Shown here piece by piece: positions 55,802 through 64,000 of a stretch of DNA of 64,000 nucleotides. The stretch is taken from positions 6,906-70,905 of the forward strand of contig DHKB01000011.1 of assembly GCA_002407045.1 (NCBI GenBank). Reading direction: 5' to 3'. Numbering within the stretch: the stretch's first letter is position 1; every line of letters begins with the position of its first letter. The notes beneath the pieces are model-generated. The model was given only the letters and a program-made list of their open reading frames with translations, searched no databases and was not told the DNA's origin. A program made the position numbers and the translations under genes. This DNA comes from Candidatus Bruticola papionis (lineage in GTDB: Bacteria; Vulcanimicrobiota; Xenobia; Xenobiales; Xenobiaceae).

Positions 55802-58420
55802 TCAATCGTTATGCCAGCTGGCTTTTTGAGCTGCTGGAGGCGCCTGATCCATTTTGACAGTAGCAGTTTTCTCCAAATTAGCTCTATTTTCTACCGCTGA
55901 ACTGTCCGCACTTTCTGCTTTGTCAGTTCCATTTAATCTATCGCTAAAGGGAGATGGCGAAGCCGCGCTATCAGCTTCTTTGAAAGCATTTTGCTCAGTT
56001 AAGTCGGGAATTTCTATATTTTTTAACTCTTGAGTATCTTTAGGAGAAACAACTTGCGCATTTGAAGAAGCAACGGGGCTAGGCTCAGGTTCGATGCCAT
56101 CAGAACTAGTAAGCTTATCAGCTCCTTTATTACCAAGACGCTTTGAGTAATAGTAGGAAGTTACCAAAAGAGCTACGCCCAAAACGAAGAAGAGCAGCAA
56201 CTTATAGCCGATAGGCAAATTTACAATGTCATAAGTAATTACTCTAAGCAAAGTAACACAAACGATAAAAATGCCACTGTTGGTGACATAACGATTTTTA
56301 AAGCGAATGCCACCCCAAAGGATAGCGGCCGCATAGAGCATCCACAGAACAGAAGTAATAGAATCTAAATGGCAAACTGCAGCAATGTTATGTCCTTCAA
56401 TATGAACTAAAGACCAGCCACTAAGCACAGCTCCAACTAGATAAATTTCAGATCCGTAAAGTACAAAAGCCGCTGCTAAAGCCAAAATAGTTAAAACGTG
56501 AGCTAAGAAGCCTATATTTACTATAGGAATAAATTCGGCGTAAGCACCTGTAACGCAACTGAGAATATTGATAGTCAAGCCGAATAAAGACAGAGCCAAA
56601 GCCAAATTGAAACCAATGGCAAAGGCGTTGCTTTTGGCCTTTTTGGCTTGAAGCATAGCTTGCAAAGCATAAATGGAGCAAACGGCCACTAAGCTAAAGC
56701 AGCTAAAAGCCCACCACTGCTGGCCATTTAAATTCAACACACGATCCAAAATGTCGGCTAATTCTCGGCCAAAATAAATATAAGCTAAGGTTATACCGGC
56801 CCAAAGGTTAAAATCTCTGTATTTTTCATCACCATTGTAATGTCTGAACATTAAGTAGCTAGATAACCAAGCAACAATAGAAACTCCGAAAATAATTATG
56901 GCCAGCTTATGAAGCTCTCGATCAGGAGTTAAGAAAAAGTCAAATTTGCCATTGAAGTCGGCCACTAACATAATGAAAAAGGCCAATACATTGTGCAGGC
57001 CGCTCCAGAAGAAAAGGCGTCGTTGTACTTCCGGCTTGGCAACTTTATTAAAAGCAATCCAAAGAATAATTAAACCGGCTGCAGAAAGAAAGGCCACCCT
57101 AGTTAGCGGCTCTTGGAAGCTGTAGGCAGAAAGGCCGACCACAAACAGGCCAGCGTTGACAAAAGCTCTGGCTAAAGTATTCATGTTTTCTGCACGCAAT
57201 TTAGCTAAACAGAATAAGGCTGCCGCAGCCACCATAAAAGCGCCAAAAGCCTGGCCTTCGCTGTAAATGCAATTGGCGCCTAAGGCCATCATGAGGTGAT
57301 TTATCCAAACGGAGGGTTGCTTGGTATCGTTTTCGTCTTGGCGGCGGAAATAATCATAAACCAAAACAATAAGCCAGATGGCCCCTAAAGCATAAGGGCT
57401 AAAAATTCGGTCGGCTTTTTCGAAAATGCCGGTACGGGTAGCAATAAAAAGCCAGGTTATAGCTAAATTGATACTAAAAAGCGAATTCCATTTTTGGCAA
57501 CGCACAGTACCGACTAAGCAAAAAAGAGCCAGAATAACTAAATAAACATCAAAAACATAAGTACTGTCGATAGAAGTTTGAATAAAAATTAAGTTGGCGT
57601 AACCAGCCAAAGCTCCCAGACAAATAACGGATCTGCGTTGGGCCCAATAAGCCAGTACATATGTGCCCAGTAAAATGAGCGAAGCTAAAGCCAAACTTAC
57701 GTAGTTGTCCCAAAGGTCAAAGTAAACGCTGCCAGCGTAAGTTATCATAATTGCCGAAGCTAGACCCAAACCTAAGAGAGTTTCGGAAAAGCCGCGCATA
57801 TTATCTTTAGGTAAAAGATAAAAGCCCAAACCAACCAGCACCGAGCTAAAAATGTAAACGGCGCCAACTTTCATAGCTGCAGTTAAAGCCAAAAATGGAG
57901 AGAGCCACTTTATAAAAAGGATGACAAAAACAATAATGGCTAAAGCGCCTAATTTATTAAAAAGGCTTCCTAAAAAGAATTGCTCTAGACTGTTTTCAGC
58001 GACGGCTTGGGAGGCAGCTATTTTGGATTTGGGTGCAGCTGTTTTGGGCGAATCTGGCCAAGCTTTGTGCATAGACGCATTCGCCGACGCTGAACCTGTA
58101 GTGAGCAAACTTGTAACAGTAGTAGGCTCGGCAGGCGATGTTTTTTCTTTAGCTAAGGATAATGCGGCTCTGTGGCTTTCTTCGACCGAATTAGTTACAG
58201 AACTAGTCGTCGCCGGTGCATTACCAAACTTATCTTGATCATCGTTGCCAACTTGGTGAACAGCTACCAGTCTTTCTAGACTAGCTTCAAGCCTCTCTAC
58301 ACGTTTTTTTAAGCTTTGGCAAGAGGCCATAGCTACAACAGAAAAGATAAATGGCAGGAAAAACATTCCTAAAGCCATGAGAACTAACACAATAAATTCC
58401 AACTCTGCGCCCTTCCCCAA
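55802..58420 (-). CDS. Large polytopic membrane protein, DUF2339-like
   Basis: 872 aa. Layout is an N-terminal TM, a short coiled coil (KKRVERLEASLERLVAV), a Ser/Thr/Ala linker, more than 20 hydrophobic segments, and an acidic Ser-rich C-terminal tail. The family name is tentative. Confidence 0.7.
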   Translation of the reverse strand: MGKGAELEFIVLVLMALGMFFLPFIFSVVAMASCQSLKKRVERLEASLERLVAVHQVGNDDQDKFGNAPATTSSVTNSVEESHRAALSLAKEKTSPAEPTTVTSLLTTGSASANASMHKAWPDSPKTAAPKSKIAASQAVAENSLEQFFLGSLFNKLGALAIIVFVILFIKWLSPFLALTAAMKVGAVYIFSSVLVGLGFYLLPKDNMRGFSETLLGLGLASAIMITYAGSVYFDLWDNYVSLALASLILLGTYVLAYWAQRRSVICLGALAGYANLIFIQTSIDSTYVFDVYLVILALFCLVGTVRCQKWNSLFSINLAITWLFIATRTGIFEKADRIFSPYALGAIWLIVLVYDYFRRQDENDTKQPSVWINHLMMALGANCIYSEGQAFGAFMVAAAALFCLAKLRAENMNTLARAFVNAGLFVVGLSAYSFQEPLTRVAFLSAAGLIILWIAFNKVAKPEVQRRLFFWSGLHNVLAFFIMLVADFNGKFDFFLTPDRELHKLAIIIFGVSIVAWLSSYLMFRHYNGDEKYRDFNLWAGITLAYIYFGRELADILDRVLNLNGQQWWAFSCFSLVAVCSIYALQAMLQAKKAKSNAFAIGFNLALALSLFGLTINILSCVTGAYAEFIPIVNIGFLAHVLTILALAAAFVLYGSEIYLVGAVLSGWSLVHIEGHNIAAVCHLDSITSVLWMLYAAAILWGGIRFKNRYVTNSGIFIVCVTLLRVITYDIVNLPIGYKLLLFFVLGVALLVTSYYYSKRLGNKGADKLTSSDGIEPEPSPVASSNAQVVSPKDTQELKNIEIPDLTEQNAFKEADSAASPSPFSDRLNGTDKAESADSSAVENRANLEKTATVKMDQAPPAAQKASWHND

Positions 58421-58499
58421 TTTTTAGGTCGGACTTCACCGACCGACAATATAACAACTCTACAAGCTGACTTGCCTAAAACAAAGCTGCTTCCTTCTA

Positions 58500-58600
58500 A
58501 AAAAAGTCAGTAAAAAAGGCCGTTCCTCCTACAGCGAACAATCAATCGACAATATCGTTTCGATTGCTTTAGTTCGCTTACTTTTTGGAGAAAAGGCCTT
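58500..58600 (-). terminator. Long composite hairpin terminator
   Basis: Nested pairings AAGGCC/GGCCTT, AGCGAAC/GTTCGCT and CAATCGA/TCGATTG (58517-58600), followed on the minus strand by TTTTTTACTGACTTTTT. Confidence 0.6.
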
Positions 58601-58621
58601 AGCCAATTTTATGCTTATAAA

Positions 58622-59872
58622 TTAAGCGTTAATTCCGTGGCACTTTTTGAATTTTTTACCGCTACCGCAAGGGCAAGGATCGTTACGTCCAACCTTAGCC
58701 TGAGCATAAGGATTGACTAAGCTCAAAGCTTTGCGGAATTCTTCGTTGTTGGGCTCGAAACCGCAAGCGCGATAGAAAGCGGCGGCAGCTTCTTGCTGCA
58801 TACCGGCAGTCAAGTAAACCCAACCGGCGGAAAGGTAAGGATAGCCATAGCCACGATCGGATTCGACACCCTTGGCAACTTCTTCTTTGGCTTCATCAAT
58901 TTTGCCACCCCAAGCGAGAACGGCAGCTAAGTTCAAGTGAGCCAAAGACTTCTTCTGACCATTTTCTACGATCAAGTATTTGCTAAAGCCTTTATCGCGA
59001 TACTTATCGTTGGCCTGGAGCAAGAATTCAACGGCTCTGGCCTGAGGATAAGCTTCCAAAAGCTCAGCAGCGCGACGCAAGTATTTTTCAGCTTCTTCCA
59101 AGCTATCGGTTAAAGCGTAAGCAACACCGATATTTAAGCAAACTAAAGCCAAATCGTCATCATTGATATGCTTGGCTTCAATTTCTTCCATGGATTGCTT
59201 CAAATACTTCATGCCGTCTTCAACTTGACCGTTGAGCATGAGCATAAAGCCGTAATTGTTGAGTACCAAATAGTGATGGCATTTTTCTTCTTCGATGCCA
59301 GCTTTGTAAACTTCCAAAGCAGCGAGTAAACCTTTGCTGCCATAGGCCATGGTAGCGCGGTGCATAATAGCCGGAGCCATCTCTTCGCTCATACCGAGCT
59401 CACGGAAGAATTTGCAACTGTCATCATATTCAGCCATAGCGGCACGGGATTGATTGGCATCCACGTAAAGGTTGCCCATGTTGCGGTGGCCGCGTCCCTG
59501 ACCGGCCTTGTCGCCAAGTTCAGTCCAAATGGATAAAGCTCTAGAATAATGGAAGCGAGCTTCATCTAAACGGTTGCGCTGATGATAAGCGGAGCCTAAA
59601 TATTCGTCGGCTTGAGCCATAGCTTTTTGATCATTTACCTTTTCGGCTTCAGCGCGACTGCGACGGAACTGAATAATAGCGTCATCCATTTTACCTAAGC
59701 GGGAGAAAGCAACTCCGCTAAGATGGTAAAGGCGAACTAATTCTTCAGGCTGAGAAATTTCTTCTTTAGCTAAGCGAGACAGCTCTTCTGAAGCTTCAGC
59801 GTTTTTCTGAGCATTTAAAAGCTCTTCGACGTTGTCGAGAGCAGCACTGAGATTTACAGCGGTATCTGACAT
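58622..59872 (-). CDS. TPR repeat protein with a C-terminal SEC-C metal-binding motif
   Basis: Multiple TPR-like repeats. The C-terminus [16 protein letters not shown] is a canonical SEC-C motif. Confidence 0.8.
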   Translation of the reverse strand: MSDTAVNLSAALDNVEELLNAQKNAEASEELSRLAKEEISQPEELVRLYHLSGVAFSRLGKMDDAIIQFRRSRAEAEKVNDQKAMAQADEYLGSAYHQRNRLDEARFHYSRALSIWTELGDKAGQGRGHRNMGNLYVDANQSRAAMAEYDDSCKFFRELGMSEEMAPAIMHRATMAYGSKGLLAALEVYKAGIEEEKCHHYLVLNNYGFMLMLNGQVEDGMKYLKQSMEEIEAKHINDDDLALVCLNIGVAYALTDSLEEAEKYLRRAAELLEAYPQARAVEFLLQANDKYRDKGFSKYLIVENGQKKSLAHLNLAAVLAWGGKIDEAKEEVAKGVESDRGYGYPYLSAGWVYLTAGMQQEAAAAFYRACGFEPNNEEFRKALSLVNPYAQAKVGRNDPCPCGSGKKFKKCHGINA

Positions 59873-60130
59873 TGAGACTCCTATGCAAGTTGCGGACTTT
59901 TTCTGCGATATTTATAAGCTAGGCCCGCATTTTTCAAACTTCGAAGCCCGATTTTTCCCCTCTGTTTTCTTTTATCCTGCTTAAATAGGCACGACTGAGC
60001 TTAGTGACTGAGCAATGCTCTCTGCTACTATAAAAAGTGAATTTATGTCTAATAATTTACCGCGCCGCTGACCATAAAAAAATTTGCCACAGAGCATAAA
60101 AAGGGACTATAATGGGCGGAAAAAATCAAA

Positions 60131-61426
60131 ATGATAAGGTCACTTAATACAGTGCTCAGTTCTCATCGTTACAGTTTCTGGATTGAGGTTAATTTAGACG
60201 CTATCCGTCACAATTTCAGAAATTTATCTAAAAACGCTCCCCATTCCCAAATTTTAGCTATAGTCAAAAGTGAAGCCTACGGTCATGGCTTAGAAACCGT
60301 AGCTCTCACTTTAGACGAAGAAGGTGCTTGGGGCTTCGGAATTGCCAATGTCAACGAGGGGCGCAGACTGCGTCAGGCTGGTATAACTAAGCCCATTGTC
60401 TTAGTAGCTCCTATCTTAGCTACCCAAATTGAAGAGGCAGTCAAGCTTGATTTGCGTCCTCCAATTATGGACTTAGAATTTGCTCAAGCTATTTCAGATG
60501 CAGCCGTCAGACTGGGCAAAAATGCCAAAGTTCATCTTAAAGTAGACACTGGTATGGGACGTCTTTCCGTACCTCCGGAAGAGTTGCTCTCTTTCTGTGA
60601 GCAAGCTGCCAAATTGCCGAATATAGAAATTGAAGGCATCTATTCCCACTTTGCGGCTGCCGATCAACTCGATCAAAGCTACACCCAAACTCAATTTGCT
60701 AAATTTACCGATTGCATTAAAAAGCTTGAAGATCTGGGCATAAATATTCCTTACCATCATATAGCTGCTTCAGCCGGTACTTTGCTTTTACCCAAAACTT
60801 GTTTGGAATTGGTGCGTCCCGGTATAGCTATTTACGGTTTGTGGCCTTCGCAAGAAACAGCTTTAGTAATGGCCGGACAAGGAAAAGATCTTTACAAACT
60901 GGCCGGAGATCAAGTCAACGGCGACAAACATTTAGATAAATTCGGTTCTGATCAATATAGAGACAATCACGCGATTGGCTTCTTGCAACCAGCTCTCACT
61001 TATAAAGCAGTAGTTGCCCAAGTAAAAACTGCCCAAGCCGGTACTTGTATAGGTTACGGTTGCACTTTTACTTGTCACCGCACTACCGATATTGCCATTT
61101 TGCCAATAGGCTACGCTGACGGCTTGAGCCGTTCCTTGAGCAATAAAGGTGAAGTTCTAATTCGCGGATATCGCGCTCCTATTATCGGGCGTGTATGTAT
61201 GAATTTATGCATGGTTGATGTTACCGATATTCCTGGCGTACGTCCTGATGATGAAGCTGTCATTATCGGCAAACAAGGTAATGATTATATTTCCGCCGAC
61301 GAAGTAGCTCAAAAGCGCGGCACCATATGCTATGAAGTTTTAACTAATTTACCAATGCATATTCCCCGCTTTTACTTAGGACGACGTCCCTTAACTTTAG
61401 AAGAGCAAACTCAAAACGAAAATTAA
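60131..61426 (+). CDS. alr: Alanine racemase
   Basis: PLP-lysine motif AIVKSEAYGHG, VRPGIAIYG, and a C-terminal beta domain. It carries an insertion of about 40 aa at 60857-60979. Confidence 0.88.
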   Translation: MIRSLNTVLSSHRYSFWIEVNLDAIRHNFRNLSKNAPHSQILAIVKSEAYGHGLETVALTLDEEGAWGFGIANVNEGRRLRQAGITKPIVLVAPILATQIEEAVKLDLRPPIMDLEFAQAISDAAVRLGKNAKVHLKVDTGMGRLSVPPEELLSFCEQAAKLPNIEIEGIYSHFAAADQLDQSYTQTQFAKFTDCIKKLEDLGINIPYHHIAASAGTLLLPKTCLELVRPGIAIYGLWPSQETALVMAGQGKDLYKLAGDQVNGDKHLDKFGSDQYRDNHAIGFLQPALTYKAVVAQVKTAQAGTCIGYGCTFTCHRTTDIAILPIGYADGLSRSLSNKGEVLIRGYRAPIIGRVCMNLCMVDVTDIPGVRPDDEAVIIGKQGNDYISADEVAQKRGTICYEVLTNLPMHIPRFYLGRRPLTLEEQTQNEN

Positions 61427-61427
61427 T

Positions 61428-62321
61428 ATGGCACAAAAACTAGATCCCCAAAAAGTTTGTTTTTTCGAACGTCTCATTCGTTTAGTAGGCTTGGAAGGCT
61501 TTCATAAGCTGGAAAATGTCCATGTAGCCATTGTTGGTATTGGCGGCGTCGGCTCTTGGGCCAGCGAAGCTTTAGCTCGCAGTGCGGTAGGCAAACTTAC
61601 TTTAGTAGATTTCGATACTGTCAATCCCAGCAATATCAACCGTCAGCTTCCTTGCTTGCATAGCACTATAGGCCAAAGTAAAGCCGAAGTTATGGCTGCT
61701 CGCTTGCGTCAAATAAATCCTTGGGCCCAAATAGAAGCTTTGAAACTGGTCTATTCTCCGGCAACAGCGGAAAAGTTTTGGCAAATAGAGCCAGACTTAG
61801 TTTTAGATTGCATAGATAATATTACTTACAAATGCCATTTGCTAAACTATGCTCGCGAGCATAAAATTGCCATCGTAACTTCTACCGGCGCCGGTGGCAA
61901 AATGGATCCTACGCGCATTAGAGTTTGCGATTTGAGCAACACTAAGGTAGATCCTATGGCTTTGCGCATTCGCAAAAAATTGCGTCGCGACTATGCCTTC
62001 CCCTCTAATAAGTCATTTCATATACCGGCTGTCTATTCTGAAGAAGATCCCATAAAGCCATTTGAAACTGATTGGAGTTCTCTTCTGGATAAAATTTGCA
62101 GCGAAGAAGAAGTAGTCAAAAATGCCTCTGCTTCTATAGCTGAACATGAAGATGACGACATTTACGAAGATGTGGAAAATTTCATTTCCGGACAAGGTAG
62201 ACATGCTCCACCTTGCGGTACTTCTAGCTTTGTAACAGGAGCTTTTGGCTTAGCCGCCGCCCAACAAATAGTAAAACTTATTTTGCAAGCTTCTTTAGGA
62301 GCCGAGTCATTCTTGCCCTAG
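61428..62321 (+). CDS. tcdA: tRNA threonylcarbamoyladenosine dehydratase (TcdA/CsdL, ThiF/E1-like)
   Basis: IVGIGGVGSWASEALARSAVGKLTLVDFDTVNPSNINRQ, a Rossmann-type nucleotide-binding motif. Confidence 0.8.
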   Translation: MAQKLDPQKVCFFERLIRLVGLEGFHKLENVHVAIVGIGGVGSWASEALARSAVGKLTLVDFDTVNPSNINRQLPCLHSTIGQSKAEVMAARLRQINPWAQIEALKLVYSPATAEKFWQIEPDLVLDCIDNITYKCHLLNYAREHKIAIVTSTGAGGKMDPTRIRVCDLSNTKVDPMALRIRKKLRRDYAFPSNKSFHIPAVYSEEDPIKPFETDWSSLLDKICSEEEVVKNASASIAEHEDDDIYEDVENFISGQGRHAPPCGTSSFVTGAFGLAAAQQIVKLILQASLGAESFLP

Positions 62322-62352
62322 TTTAAAATTAAAGCAAAGAGCATCCAACTTC

Positions 62353-62394
62353 AAAAAAAAGCAGAACTTATCACAAGATAAGCTCTGCTTTTTT
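62353..62394. terminator. Bidirectional terminator
   Basis: GCAGAACTTATC (62361-62372) pairs with GATAAGCTCTGC (62377-62388) with one mismatch. It is flanked by an A8 run and a T6 run. Confidence 0.75.
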
Positions 62395-62417
62395 ATAAAT
62401 AGCTTTTGGCAAGCGAA

Positions 62418-63992
62418 CTAGAACGACACAAATATCGGCAAAGAAATCGCTTTCTTTTCACTCTTAGCTTTATTAAGTTCTTGCGAACACAGTAAAGGAT
62501 AAGTCAACCTTACAGCCTGGAAAAGATCGTTTTCTGCTTGATTAAGACTATCTAAAAACAAGTCTGTCAAACTGCTATTCGAATTGCCTTTACTTGAATC
62601 AGCCATGCCATAAATTAAAGCAGTGCAAGAGCTGCTATCTAATTGGCTGGCAATCAAAACATTGTTTTTATCTAATTGGCTGGGCAAATTCTTCATTTGC
62701 GAAGATTGTACATCCCAGATAATCATAAAACGAGCACCAGGCAAAGATTGGCGATATTGACGTAAATAGTCGGAAGTTATACTAAAGTTTTCTTTTTCGT
62801 CACTGCTGACAAAAGCCAACTTTTTACCATCGAAGCTAAAATTGCCGATTAAATAAAGCACTACTAAATCGGAAGAATTACAAGAAGCTCTTATATTTTC
62901 CAGAGACTTCTTAATATTTTCGGCTTTAGCCTCTGCTCCGGGTAAAGTTTTAACGCTAAAGCCGCGCTCTATAAAAGCTTGGCGCACTTGCATAGATTTC
63001 TGACTGTTAGAAACGTCACTTAAATTGTAATTGGGACCGACAATTAAAGTTCTAGTTTTCGTTCCTTGGCCGGAAGCAACAGCGTATAACTCAAAGGCTT
63101 TTTTAAGCTTGCGCCCTTCCAAATCGGCAACATCTATCTCAATCTTGTTAGTTCCTGGCTTAAGATCCACACAGAGATCTATTTCTAAATCGGCAATTTG
63201 CAAACCTAAAGGAGTATTCCAGAGCTTTTCTCCGTTAATAGTTAAAGATGCACTGAGGATACCAGCCGGAGCATCAATAGTACCACGCAAAGGAACTTGC
63301 TTAAGACTAGATATTTTATTTCCTATAGGCTCAACAATATTAACAAAAGGAGAGCGATCATCTTTGGCAATTTGCAAATCGTATGTTTTATTGATTAAGC
63401 GGCGAAAACCGGCTAAACCATAGACCGATTCACGCATATCCAAAGCAACTTCCAAAGAGAGAATATCACCTTTGAGAGTGGCATTCTTTACGGAACTTAT
63501 CGAGTTGTAACAAATAAAGTTAGGCGAAGGTAAATCTAAAGCCGCAGCAGTCTGTTCATCGATACTGAAGGCTTGGAAAGAACTTAAAGGATACAGCGCT
63601 CCTATTAAACGCTGACCACGTTTAATTTCCAAACCGGAATTGCCATTTAAATAGATGCGCTCCTCTTCCCCATCGCCATCTATATCTTTTCTGTAAAGCA
63701 AGCGCTTTGTTTTGTAAGCTTGCGATCTGTAGCTAAGCCACGATTCATCAGTAATTTTGACACTGACATTGCCGTCTTCAGAAGACTGACGATTAAATTT
63801 AGCTCTAGCTAACCAGTTGAGATACTGACATCCACCCGAACGCGCATCCCAGTTAATATCATCCTTTTCTCTGTCTTTAAAACTTAAAGAGCTTTTGGCT
63901 ATTTGATATAGTCCTTCCAATTCGGCAATTTCGTAAGCTTGTTTTCTAGCCTCTTCGTTAGTCAAGCCGCTGGGCAAGCCAACTTTTGACAC
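62418..63992 (-). CDS. Hypothetical protein with a C-terminal caspase-fold-like domain lacking the His/Cys dyad
   Basis: The strand/helix pattern TRTLIVGPNYN ... DLVVLYLIGNFSFDG ... ARFMIIWDVQSS ... NVLIASQ follows the C14 layout. A GTG start is assumed, but the ORF may continue beyond the window end. Confidence 0.55.
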   Translation of the reverse strand: MSKVGLPSGLTNEEARKQAYEIAELEGLYQIAKSSLSFKDREKDDINWDARSGGCQYLNWLARAKFNRQSSEDGNVSVKITDESWLSYRSQAYKTKRLLYRKDIDGDGEEERIYLNGNSGLEIKRGQRLIGALYPLSSFQAFSIDEQTAAALDLPSPNFICYNSISSVKNATLKGDILSLEVALDMRESVYGLAGFRRLINKTYDLQIAKDDRSPFVNIVEPIGNKISSLKQVPLRGTIDAPAGILSASLTINGEKLWNTPLGLQIADLEIDLCVDLKPGTNKIEIDVADLEGRKLKKAFELYAVASGQGTKTRTLIVGPNYNLSDVSNSQKSMQVRQAFIERGFSVKTLPGAEAKAENIKKSLENIRASCNSSDLVVLYLIGNFSFDGKKLAFVSSDEKENFSITSDYLRQYRQSLPGARFMIIWDVQSSQMKNLPSQLDKNNVLIASQLDSSSCTALIYGMADSSKGNSNSSLTDLFLDSLNQAENDLFQAVRLTYPLLCSQELNKAKSEKKAISLPIFVSF

Positions 63993-64000
63993 AAAACTTA

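Overview
This is a chromosomal segment from a diderm bacterium: it encodes an outer-membrane beta-barrel protein ending in Phe and an SLT lytic transglycosylase. A superoxide reductase suggests an anaerobic or microaerophilic lifestyle. I cannot assign taxonomy from sequence alone. About three quarters of the window is ordinary housekeeping. This includes pit, thrS, ispE, ridA, an EF-G family GTPase, gap-pgk-tpiA-secG, a maltodextrin-type ABC importer without its ATPase, and dnaX...ybaB-recR. It also includes glnS, mtnP, alr, tcdA and a three-gene tRNA cluster (CAT, Glu-TTC, Val-TAC). I saw no rRNA, CRISPR array, transposase or integrase. The outstanding feature lies at about 47.7-55.8 kb. Six tandem minus-strand paralogs encode a DRGH/beta-beta-alpha-Me (Serratia/Anabaena NucA-type, Endonuclease NS family) non-specific nuclease. 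None has a signal peptide. Each carries a conserved ~59-aa N-terminal module, a hypervariable 16-42 aa linker, and an apparently intact catalytic domain. Each is followed by its own rho-independent terminator, and five of the six are preceded by a conserved upstream element. No ORF of 60 aa or more that could be an immunity gene lies between them. The paralogs share sequence blocks in incongruent combinations, which suggests gene conversion. Directly downstream sits a two-gene operon: an extremely acidic 159-aa protein (candidate inhibitor or chaperone) and a SAMHD1-like HD dNTP triphosphohydrolase. After that come the tRNA cluster and an orphan C5 cytosine methyltransferase. Directly upstream is a large DUF2339-like polytopic membrane protein. 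I propose this nucleic-acid-targeting neighbourhood as the candidate undescribed system; its function (secreted effector arsenal or regulated intracellular nucleases) is inference. Secondary observations are a stand-alone promoter-to-terminator unit (candidate sRNA), a catalytically dead M14 peptidase homolog with a long Pro/Ala/Ser tail, a pseudo-receiver/PAS/GAF/anti-sigma-kinase fusion, a pseudo-caspase-fold protein, and a structured 440-nt intergenic region.
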